Origin: a virus
Lineage: Duplodnaviria; Caudoviricetes
DNA length: 64,000 nt
Strand: one strand, 5' to 3'
IMG/VR virus record: IMGVR_UViG_3300032038_000003
Coordinates: 64,001 to 128,000 of that record
This document shows positions 9,849 through 17,425 of this stretch, piece by piece. The translations under genes and the position numbers were made by a program. A model generated the notes under the pieces. The model searched no databases, had not been told where the DNA came from, and was given only the letters and a program-made list of their open reading frames with translations. Numbering within the stretch: position 1 is the first letter of the stretch; every line of letters starts with the position of its first letter.

Positions 9849-11060
9849 ATGAACCATATAGCACTATACAGAAAGTATAGACCTACAACGTTCGACGAGG
9901 TATTCGGTCAGTCTGCTATAGTGCAGACATTACGAAACCAAGTAAAATCTGATAGAGTAGGTCATGCATATCTGTTTTGTGGTTTGAGAGGTTCTGGAAA
10001 AACATCTATCGCAAGGATTCTTGCTAAAGCCGTCAACTGCGAACATACAGTTGACGGTAATCCTTGTGGTCAGTGTAAGCATTGTAATTTTAAAAACGAT
10101 GTTAATCCAGATGTTATAGAGATAGATGCAGCGTCTAATAATGGCGTAGACAGTATCAGACAGTTAATAGACGAAGTTAATTATAAACCTACGAATACAA
10201 GATATAAGGTTTATATTATTGATGAAGTACATATGCTGTCTGGTAGTGCATTTAATGCTCTATTAAAGACTATAGAAGAGCCACCAGATCATGCAATATT
10301 TATTCTTGCTACAACAGAATACCATAAAGTACCGTCTACTATTAAATCAAGATGCCAGGTATATAATTTTAAGCTGATTAATCAGAATGATATTATGCTT
10401 GGACTTGAGAATGTGTTATCCAAAGAAGGTATAACTTATTTTGAGAAAGATGCATTGGAATATGTAGCAAGAAAAGCAGACGGTAGTATGAGAGATGCTA
10501 TCAGTATTTTGGATCAGTGCATCGCTCAACATAATGGTACACAGCCAGCAACAATATCAGAAGTAAAGCAACTCTTTGGAGATGTCGAAGATGATGTCGT
10601 TGTTGAATTGGCACAGTGTATTGAGAACGTAGATGTAATACGAGGACTGGATATTTTACATGCACAACATTATGATGGTCGTGATATGAAATCATTATTA
10701 GATGCTTTATATCATTACTATTTCGATAAGTTTACTACAGATTTTGGTACTACAGAAGGAGCTGTCTTTGAAAGATATGCCAGAATATTAGGAGAAACAA
10801 TGTCTTCTCTTGATCGTTCATCGCAGAAAATGACAGTGACAGAGATAGCATTTATCAAAATGTGTAAACCAGAGATGGAACAAGATTATAATTCTGTTGT
10901 ACAACGTATGAATAATCTTGAACATGAATTAACATTACTAAAGTCTGGTAATGTTGGTGCAATGTCTAGTAATGTTTCGACACAGATTCAAGAAACATTT
11001 GATGAAAGTGTAGCTTTATATTATAATAGTCCTTGGAGTTACAAATTAAACATACTTTAG
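9849..11060 (+). CDS. dnaX: DNA polymerase III gamma/tau (clamp loader subunit)
   Basis: LYRKYRP, GLRGSGKT, Zn CEH...CGQCKHC, EIDAAS, IIDEVH, SRC, GSMRD. Confidence 0.95.
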   Translation: MNHIALYRKYRPTTFDEVFGQSAIVQTLRNQVKSDRVGHAYLFCGLRGSGKTSIARILAKAVNCEHTVDGNPCGQCKHCNFKNDVNPDVIEIDAASNNGVDSIRQLIDEVNYKPTNTRYKVYIIDEVHMLSGSAFNALLKTIEEPPDHAIFILATTEYHKVPSTIKSRCQVYNFKLINQNDIMLGLENVLSKEGITYFEKDALEYVARKADGSMRDAISILDQCIAQHNGTQPATISEVKQLFGDVEDDVVVELAQCIENVDVIRGLDILHAQHYDGRDMKSLLDALYHYYFDKFTTDFGTTEGAVFERYARILGETMSSLDRSSQKMTVTEIAFIKMCKPEMEQDYNSVVQRMNNLEHELTLLKSGNVGAMSSNVSTQIQETFDESVALYYNSPWSYKLNIL

Positions 11061-11071
11061 GAGGATGTGAA

Positions 11072-11548
11072 ATGGCTGAAGAGCGTATTGAAAGATGTTT
11101 TTGGTGTGGTAAACCAAAGAGCGGAGAAATCGAAGAAACAGAAGAAACTATCAAGAACTCCGTTATTAATGATTATACTCCATGTGATAAGTGCAAAGAA
11201 TCTTTTGCTGGCGGTATCCATGTAATAGGAGTTACTAATAAACCTATTGTTAATGGTATGTTTCCGATTTCAAAAGACGATAAAAACACTCTTTATCCAA
11301 CTGGTAGTATGTTCGTGGCTAACGAAGAGTTTATTAAGGATATGCTTTCTGATGAAGGGGAAAAAGAATTACTCGAAAATGTTTTAAAGGAACGTGTTCT
11401 TATGATTCCAAATGAAGTATGTGAACAGATCGTAAATGATGCTCGTACTGCTCAGGCTGAGAACGGCGAAGAGTATATTGAGCAGATGGACGAAGTTCAT
11501 AAGGAGGAATCACCAAATGAAAAAGACGTACAAGATCAAAGCAACTAA
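11072..11548 (+). CDS. Zinc-binding hypothetical protein
   Basis: Start after AGGAGG; CFWCG and CDKC. Confidence 0.65.
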   Translation: MAEERIERCFWCGKPKSGEIEETEETIKNSVINDYTPCDKCKESFAGGIHVIGVTNKPIVNGMFPISKDDKNTLYPTGSMFVANEEFIKDMLSDEGEKELLENVLKERVLMIPNEVCEQIVNDARTAQAENGEEYIEQMDEVHKEESPNEKDVQDQSN

Positions 11549-11768
11549 AAGAGCCTGGATGGAAGTAACAGCTGATAGTTCTTTATCTCAGCAAGAAATT
11601 TACGATCTTGCTAAAGAAAAAGCATCCAAAGGGAGATTAAAATGGGAAGAACCTTCGTTAAATATTATTGATATCAATATCGATGATAGTGTGGACGTAG
11701 ATGTTAAAACCAAGATTGCTCTTATGGATGCCATCGATCCTTTAACAAATAAAATAAAAGAAAGTTGA
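11517..11768 (+). CDS. Small hypothetical protein
   Basis: Start reassigned to MKKTYKIK after AAGGAGG. Confidence 0.6.
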   Translation: MKKTYKIKATKRAWMEVTADSSLSQQEIYDLAKEKASKGRLKWEEPSLNIIDINIDDSVDVDVKTKIALMDAIDPLTNKIKES

Positions 11769-11793
11769 TTTATTTAATGTGTTATGTTATTCT
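11765..11793 (+). promoter_or_regulatory. Putative sigma-A promoter for spoVG
   Basis: TTGATT-17-TATTCT with extended -10 TG. Confidence 0.55.
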
Positions 11794-11857
11794 TAAGGTT
11801 GTAGAAGGGCTATTACATCCACTTAGCGTAACTCAAAATCTTAAGGAGGACTAACCG

Positions 11858-12118
11858 ATGAACATTACTGTAACTGATGTGCGTGTAAAGAAATACGACA
11901 ATCCAGAGAACAAGATCAAGGCTATTGCGAGTATCACAATTGATGATACATTTGTAATCCATGACGTTAAGATCATCGATTCTGAAAAGGGTTTGTTCGT
12001 TGCTATGCCATCTAAAAAGGGTACAGATGGCAAGTTCAAGGATATTGCACATCCAATCAACACAGAAACCCGAAATATGATTCAGAAGATGGTATTAGAT
12101 AAATACAATCAAGAATAA
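11858..12118 (+). CDS. spoVG: SpoVG family nucleic-acid-binding regulator
   Basis: ITDVRV-like start, [39 protein letters not shown]. Confidence 0.95.
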   Translation: MNITVTDVRVKKYDNPENKIKAIASITIDDTFVIHDVKIIDSEKGLFVAMPSKKGTDGKFKDIAHPINTETRNMIQKMVLDKYNQE

Positions 12119-12150
12119 TACTTGATCCATGTCGCATATTTCACCCCGCT

Positions 12151-12177
12151 TGAGCCAGAGGAATCTGGCTCATTTTT
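12151..12177 (+). terminator. Rho-independent terminator after spoVG
   Basis: TGAGCCAGA-GGAA-TCTGGCTCA-TTTTT. Confidence 0.85.
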
Positions 12178-12192
12178 ATTGTAGGAGGCAAA

Positions 12193-12912
12193 ATGAAGGA
12201 AACTAATCTTGATGCTATAAAAAGTACTGCTCGTACTTTATTATATGTTGATATTACGGAAACAGAATTTCCTTTTTGTTTAATCCATCCTTTTCTTAAT
12301 AACCGATACATGTCTTTTAGTAATAAAGACAGACAACTGGTTGACATACTTGAATCAGATGAAAATCTACAGAAAGCTCGTGATTTCTTTGAAAAGAAAA
12401 TTAATGAGGCAGATGATATATGGCGAATCTTAATGTATATGCATATACCGTATAGACCGTTATTATTTAAGTTGTGTGCAAATGATTTATCTGATGAAGA
12501 TTATGCACAGATGCTTGTAGAAGTATGGACTGGTACTGAAAATCCTAATCAAGATGCAAATGTTAAGATTACAGAATGGATACGATTTTTTAAAAAGGCA
12601 AAGAAAGATTTGCTAATGACAGAGGAAGAACTAAACGTTTATAATAGTCTTAGCGACACAGAACCAATTGAAATATATCGTGGAGTCGGACATGGAAGAG
12701 AACCATACGGATTATCGTGGACAGCAAATACCACTACTGCACAATGGTTCGCAAATCGCTGGAATAACCAGGATGCATATATGTTTAAAACCACTTGTAA
12801 AAAGACAGATATATTAGCATATTTCAATTGTAGAGGAGAAGATGAACTTGTTGTAAACATTAAGAATCTTGATAAAAGCAAGATGGAAAGGATAGATCTC
12901 AATGGAGGATAA
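12193..12912 (+). CDS. Putative ADP-ribosyltransferase-fold protein
   Basis: C-terminal IYRG ... LSWT ... EDELVV, matching the R-S-E motif order. Confidence 0.55.
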   Translation: MKETNLDAIKSTARTLLYVDITETEFPFCLIHPFLNNRYMSFSNKDRQLVDILESDENLQKARDFFEKKINEADDIWRILMYMHIPYRPLLFKLCANDLSDEDYAQMLVEVWTGTENPNQDANVKITEWIRFFKKAKKDLLMTEEELNVYNSLSDTEPIEIYRGVGHGREPYGLSWTANTTTAQWFANRWNNQDAYMFKTTCKKTDILAYFNCRGEDELVVNIKNLDKSKMERIDLNGG

Positions 12913-14014
12913 GATTAAGAGACAAAAAATAATGGAAAGAGATCGATTCACATATGAAGATAAACTACGTTTTGCTGCTAAATCAGATGACAGATGTTGT
13001 CATTGTGGGAAGAAAGTTCATATTGGATACGGTGCAACTGTAGAACATTTCATTCCATTATCTCAAGGTGGCACTAATCGAGAAATTAATATGGTTATGT
13101 TATGTGAAGATTGTAATAAAAACAAAGGCAGCTTCATATACAGACCAGAAGATTATTTGTTATATCTCAAGAAAGAACACCTTGATAAGCTACAGGGTTA
13201 TTTTGATAGCTACATTAATTCGTTTGATTTTGTTAATCGAGATAACCTATTGGCATGTGATCGTTATAAAGTATGGGTAAATACCATGCCAGAACAAATG
13301 TATTACGCTATGAAATCACGTAAAAGACGCAAAGGACATATTGATATCATGAAAAGGTGTTCTGTACCATTATGGGTAAAAAGAGCCACGTATGATGATG
13401 TGGACAAACTTACAAAATATTATATTAAGTATCTTAAGAAATATCATTGTCTCGATTCAGAAGAATCTGCAAAGATTAATATCCAGTTCTGGATATCGTT
13501 TGGATGTATATATTATATTGAGCGTAATGGAAACATTGAAAGTTTCATTACGGTTACCATTACAAAGGCAAACGGTCATGTATTTCTGAATGATGACAAG
13601 TTAGATTATTATTTTACTGTAAATGTATTTACGTACTATAGTAACGAATATGCTCTTACATTAGGATATAATCTTTCAAGACAGATACCAAGATATTTAT
13701 CTGATGAACAGAATTTGAAACAGATACCAGTAAAATATTGCGTCATCTCTGAAGATACTTTGAGCGGTGAGATTTGTGATGGAGGAGCGATATATAAAGG
13801 AGATAGGTTCATATCATCATTCATGATTTTATATGATGGTGATAAAGATGAATTACCGCCTCTTATAGAAGACAAGGAACTTAAAAAGTTTTTCCAAAGA
13901 TTTGACGAAGTAAAAGAGGAACGATTAAAAGTATGGTTTGCCGTTCATGGTGAAGAGCCTTATGAATGGATGATGCGAGAATTAGAATTAGAAGAAAGTG
14001 AGGATAAGGAATGA
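12902..14014 (+). CDS. HNH endonuclease with a large C-terminal extension (possibly GNAT-like)
   Basis: CCHCG...TVEHFIPLSQGGTN...NMVMLCEDCNKNKG; later VKRATYDDVDKL...YYIERNGNIESFITV. Confidence 0.8.
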   Translation: MEDKIKRQKIMERDRFTYEDKLRFAAKSDDRCCHCGKKVHIGYGATVEHFIPLSQGGTNREINMVMLCEDCNKNKGSFIYRPEDYLLYLKKEHLDKLQGYFDSYINSFDFVNRDNLLACDRYKVWVNTMPEQMYYAMKSRKRRKGHIDIMKRCSVPLWVKRATYDDVDKLTKYYIKYLKKYHCLDSEESAKINIQFWISFGCIYYIERNGNIESFITVTITKANGHVFLNDDKLDYYFTVNVFTYYSNEYALTLGYNLSRQIPRYLSDEQNLKQIPVKYCVISEDTLSGEICDGGAIYKGDRFISSFMILYDGDKDELPPLIEDKELKKFFQRFDEVKEERLKVWFAVHGEEPYEWMMRELELEESEDKE

Positions 14015-14319
14015 GAAGAAAAGTTAAGTATATTCAGCCTGAGTGCCTTAAGAGGTACGAGAAGGCTATCAAGACATCAGATATGTGCATGGGTCTATCC
14101 GCTGCATTCGTCGCAGGGGCAGGAGTCATCATGCTGACGATAGAATATAACACCGGACTCCCAGTCTTAGGGATAGCTCTCCTGGTTATGGGAATCGGTA
14201 CCAGATTGCTCGCTGAGCTGTGGTACAGGAGGAGCAGATCGGATTTAAGAAGAATGCTCAACAGCCATGAATATCATGAGCTAGGACTCGCCATCATGGA
14301 GAAGGAAGGAGATCTATGA
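14011..14319 (+). CDS. Two-TM membrane protein, GC-rich cassette
   Basis: Two hydrophobic helices; visibly higher GC than flanks; ATG lies within repeat 1. Confidence 0.75.
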   Translation: MRRKVKYIQPECLKRYEKAIKTSDMCMGLSAAFVAGAGVIMLTIEYNTGLPVLGIALLVMGIGTRLLAELWYRRSRSDLRRMLNSHEYHELGLAIMEKEGDL

Positions 14320-14486
14320 TTGGATCAGCTGACAACAGACTTTCAGGTCGCTGGATTAAGCACGATGGCGACTTCCATGACAGTAGAGAGTGCTCAGTCT
14401 GCCATGTGTGGATGCCCTGGGATATGAATTATACAAATTATTGCCCTAACTGCGGTGCAAGGATGGAAAGTGAGGGTAAGGAATGA
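14316..14486 (+). CDS. 56-aa zinc-ribbon protein (not in ORF track)
   Basis: MIGSADNRLSGRWIKHDGDFHDSRECSVCHVWMPWDMNYTNYCPNCGARMESEGKE*; ATGA overlaps at both ends. Confidence 0.8.
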   Translation: MIGSADNRLSGRWIKHDGDFHDSRECSVCHVWMPWDMNYTNYCPNCGARMESEGKE

Positions 14487-14665
14487 AACATAAATTAATT
14501 CAATGGTTTAAGCGAAATGCTTGTGAAAAATGTGATTACTATCATGCTAGCAATAATACATGTCAATCGAAAAAGTGCACAACTTGTGGTTGCCATCCGT
14601 ATGTTGATTGGTTTGATAGACATTTTTGCGAGCCATACAAGGCAGAAAGTGAGGATGAGGAATGA
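14483..14665 (+). CDS. Cys-rich small protein
   Basis: Starts in repeat 2, ends AESEDEE in repeat 3. Confidence 0.75.
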   Translation: MKHKLIQWFKRNACEKCDYYHASNNTCQSKKCTTCGCHPYVDWFDRHFCEPYKAESEDEE

Positions 14666-15141
14666 CAAGGGAAGAAGCAATCAATGACCTTAAAGATTTT
14701 ATTGATACTTACATAACAGTCCACGGGGAGGAAGATATCATTGCGGTTTCGCTTGATAATGTTGATGTTGAAGCCTTTGATATGGCAATCAAGGCATTAG
14801 AGCAACAGCCTTGTGAGGATAGTATCAGTAGAGCAGAAGCACAAACAGAAATAGAAATGAATGCTTCAAGATACGCAATTTCAAAAGAACGTGGTGGCAT
14901 GGGGCAAGTTGAATGGAGTGACCAACTTATCAAAGTTAGTGATGCAGTAGACATTATAAGACATTTGCCACCAGCACAGCCAAAGCCAAAGACAGGGCAT
15001 TGGGAAATGTGCGAAGATGCGGACGGAATATACGGAGTGTGTGATATATGCGGTACAGATGCAGATTTTACCCATTATGGAAAAGCATATCCGTATTGCC
15101 CTAACTGCGGTGCAAGGATGGAAAGTGAGGTTAAGGAATGA
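14662..15141 (+). CDS. Mosaic phage protein with C-terminal zinc ribbon
   Basis: MTREEAI...AIKALEQQPCED...CDICG...YCPNCGARMESEVKE. Confidence 0.8.
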   Translation: MTREEAINDLKDFIDTYITVHGEEDIIAVSLDNVDVEAFDMAIKALEQQPCEDSISRAEAQTEIEMNASRYAISKERGGMGQVEWSDQLIKVSDAVDIIRHLPPAQPKPKTGHWEMCEDADGIYGVCDICGTDADFTHYGKAYPYCPNCGARMESEVKE

Positions 15142-15476
15142 AAGTATGGAAGTTTAAAAAGCGTATTGAGATTGACAAAACAATCGGCAATATTCACATA
15201 GAAACATTCCACTATAGTTCTTTTGAAAACAACAAGCCTAAACACTGGACAGAGTTACATTGTTGGTATGAATGTGATTGCGAACATTGTTCGTTATCCT
15301 GGGAAGATAGAAGTTACGAAGGCGAATGTTATGATTGCGGATGTTTCTTGGCTAAAAAAGGACACGATAATGCACCGATGCTGATATGTATGTTACCAAG
15401 ATGGATAAAGAAAATATTGTTGAGGTACAAGATAAAACGTGCGGAGATATGTGCAGAAAGTGAGGATAAGGAATGA
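15138..15476 (+). CDS. Cys-rich hypothetical protein
   Basis: CDCEHC...CYDCGC; ends AESEDKE in repeat 5. Confidence 0.75.
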   Translation: MKVWKFKKRIEIDKTIGNIHIETFHYSSFENNKPKHWTELHCWYECDCEHCSLSWEDRSYEGECYDCGCFLAKKGHDNAPMLICMLPRWIKKILLRYKIKRAEICAESEDKE

Positions 15477-15724
15477 GTAAATCAATTTTAACAATAGATA
15501 CACCAAAAGGATGCGTTTTTTGCCCATTAGCAAAGATGCGTGCGTTTAATGCAATTCCTGTAAAAACAATAATGGGTAGACAGCCCTACATGGGTATTAC
15601 TTGCCCGTTTTGTAATGGTATCAGATACATCTATGATTTGACGGCTGATGAAGTATTGACCTATAAACATAAAGAATGTCCGTTAAGAGAAAGTGAGGAT
15701 ACAGAAGACAATGACAATGTTTGA
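15473..15724 (+). CDS. Cys-rich small protein
   Basis: MSKSILTIDTPKGCVFCPL...CPFC...CPL; passes through the degenerate repeat 6 (ESEDTED). Confidence 0.75.
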   Translation: MSKSILTIDTPKGCVFCPLAKMRAFNAIPVKTIMGRQPYMGITCPFCNGIRYIYDLTADEVLTYKHKECPLRESEDTEDNDNV

Positions 15725-15815
15725 CGCACTATGCGTTGGTGTAACTTTACTAATTGTATTTGGTTTCGGCTATTTCATAGGATATATGAATAGCAATAAT
15801 GGAGGACGCAAATGA
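15711..15815 (+). CDS. 34-aa single-TM microprotein (not in ORF track)
   Basis: MTMFDALCVGVTLLIVFGFGYFIGYMNSNNGGRK*; RBS from repeat 6; ATGA overlap with the next gene. Confidence 0.65.
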   Translation: MTMFDALCVGVTLLIVFGFGYFIGYMNSNNGGRK

Positions 15816-16156
15816 TAGAAATAGATAACTTTAATAGACAGCTGGTTTATAGAAACTCTGTAAGAACAGAAGATGGTTCGATATTACATGTTGCATTTAT
15901 ATTAGATCCACATGATATAGAAATTATTTATCAGTGGAGACAAAGTGAAAATGATAAAGTAGATATCGATGAAAATATTTCTGAATATCTTACAACAGAG
16001 GAGTTAAAACGATATAATAGCCTCGATGAAAAGCAACAGCTAGAGTTCATTACAAAGGCTGCCGATTTGAAAAGACATTTTATGGACAGCGACAACATTG
16101 CATGGCGAGAAGCAACTGAGATGGCTATCAAAGAAATTAAGTTACAATATTTGTAA
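15812..16156 (+). CDS. Hypothetical protein
   Basis: RBS GGAGG; returns to background AT content. Confidence 0.65.
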   Translation: MIEIDNFNRQLVYRNSVRTEDGSILHVAFILDPHDIEIIYQWRQSENDKVDIDENISEYLTTEELKRYNSLDEKQQLEFITKAADLKRHFMDSDNIAWREATEMAIKEIKLQYL

Positions 16157-16192
16157 CTTTATGTTGCATTTATTTTTCCTCCGTGTTAATAT
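16139..16192 (+). promoter_or_regulatory. Palindrome next to a putative sigma-A promoter
   Basis: AAGTTACAA-TAT-TTGTAACTT (16139-16159), then TTGCAT-17-TAATAT with TG extension (16164-16192). Confidence 0.45.
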
Positions 16193-16233
16193 GTTTATAT
16201 CTAATAAACATACTATATACGGAGGTATTAATT

Positions 16234-16431
16234 ATGCTAAACGCAACTGTTATTAATGTACCAGAGGAATCAGAAGTAGCTATTGATTATGTAATATGCC
16301 CACATTGCGGCTCACAAATGGTAAGGAATAAAATGGATAATCCATATACTATTCATGGAAGATCTTATATTTGTGAGAACTGTGGTGCTGATGAAATCAT
16401 TAGCAATCCAACAGAAGAGGAGATTTATTAA
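16234..16431 (+). CDS. Small zinc-ribbon protein
   Basis: ATG 16234 after GGAGGT; CPHCG and CENCG. Confidence 0.7.
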   Translation: MLNATVINVPEESEVAIDYVICPHCGSQMVRNKMDNPYTIHGRSYICENCGADEIISNPTEEEIY

Positions 16432-16437
16432 AGACCT

Positions 16438-16602
16438 ATGAAAAATCCAAAGAAACTTACTCGTACACAGAAAGAAAAGCTTACTAAGAAACATCTTGAC
16501 GCATCTGAATACGTCATGATTGCGGAAGACGCTTATACTTTTACTGTTCAGAAGAAGAGTAAGATTGGTACAACTGAAGAAAAGATTACTTTTAATAAAT
16601 AA
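16438..16602 (+). CDS. 54-aa basic phage protein (DUF6906-like; not in ORF track)
   Basis: MKNPKKLTRTQKEKLTKKHLDASEYVMIAEDAYTFTVQKKSKIGTTEEKITFNK*. Confidence 0.65.
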   Translation: MKNPKKLTRTQKEKLTKKHLDASEYVMIAEDAYTFTVQKKSKIGTTEEKITFNK

Positions 16603-16645
16603 AATAAGGCGGTGTAGGATAATCCTACACCGCCTATTTGTTTTT
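16601..16645. terminator. Bidirectional terminator at the strand switch
   Basis: Perfect 14-bp inverted repeat AGGCGGTGTAGGAT-A-ATCCTACACCGCCT (16607-16635) flanked by A and T tracts between convergent genes. Confidence 0.9.
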
Positions 16646-17009
16646 ATTCGTCTGCCGCTGGAAGATCTGGAGCTGCTTCAATAGCTTCAGCTTCTTTCTT
16701 AGCAATACTTTCTCTTGTAGCAATAATCTCTTTAAGAGATACTAATGCATCTTCGATTAACTTGCTAAGTTGAGCCTCTGAAACAAAGAATGTAATTACT
16801 GGATAATTCTTCTTGATATATGTATAAGCTTCAGCGAACTTGATACGTCCAGTGTTAGATCCCCAAGCATCTTCTGCTTTTGCAACAGCATAGAGAGCTG
16901 CCTTTTTAAGAATGTCCTGGCGATATCTGATAAGATAAACAGTTATCGCAATAATAATAATACAAACAACGATACATAATACTGGGTTCTGACAAATAAA
17001 ATCTAACAT
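16644..17009 (-). CDS. Putative holin (LL-H-like)
   Basis: N-terminal TM helix then AVAKAEDAWGSNTGRIKFAEA...LIEDAL; start at ATG 17009 after AAGGAGG. Confidence 0.7.
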   Translation of the reverse strand: MLDFICQNPVLCIVVCIIIIAITVYLIRYRQDILKKAALYAVAKAEDAWGSNTGRIKFAEAYTYIKKNYPVITFFVSEAQLSKLIEDALVSLKEIIATRESIAKKEAEAIEAAPDLPAADE

Positions 17010-17022
17010 CTCTCTTACCTCC

Positions 17023-17421
17023 TTAATGAATATTGTAAAGACCATAATGATACATAAAATCTTTTTCACATTGCTGTTGATCAGCGAAATCACTTTCTTC
17101 ATCTACACCACGCATTTCGTAAAAATATTCTTTTAGGTCATTAATTTCGTTCTTTGCTGGAACAAATCTAGCATTTTCATGTTGCTCAGAAACTTCTTTA
17201 ATGAGTTCATCAGTCCATAAATCATCACGATAAGCGACTCTAAGCTTATTGCTAGACTCGTATGATTGACCCCAAAGATGTTCGCCCTCTAACTCATAAG
17301 AAATAAGATTAGCAATCTCGTCAAGATTTTCTTCGAGTTCTTCAGATAAGACACCAGAACTAGCTAATTCATGAAGAACAGTACAAGCTTCTTGTCGAGA
17401 TAAATAATGATCTTTGTCCAT
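17023..17421 (-). CDS. Acidic hypothetical protein
   Basis: RBS AAGGAGG; intact ORF. Confidence 0.65.
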   Translation of the reverse strand: MDKDHYLSRQEACTVLHELASSGVLSEELEENLDEIANLISYELEGEHLWGQSYESSNKLRVAYRDDLWTDELIKEVSEQHENARFVPAKNEINDLKEYFYEMRGVDEESDFADQQQCEKDFMYHYGLYNIH

Positions 17422-17425
17422 GTGC

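Larger units (their letters stand above)
13994..15714 (+). repeat. Six dispersed 21-bp junction repeats, consensus GAAAGTGAGGATAAGGAATGA
   Basis: Copies at 13994-14014, 14466-14486, 14645-14665, 15121-15141, 15456-15476 and a degenerate copy at 15689-15714, each at a gene junction. Confidence 0.92.

Noticed and set aside
9849-11060. E. coli-style dnaX -1 frameshift
   Set aside because: No A-AAA-AAG slippery site with a downstream structure was seen; the ORF is already gamma-length
13994-15714. CRISPR array or attC integron interpretation of the junction repeats
   Set aside because: Spacing is 179-476 bp and filled by intact genes; the repeat is not palindromic; no cas operon or tyrosine integrase is in the window
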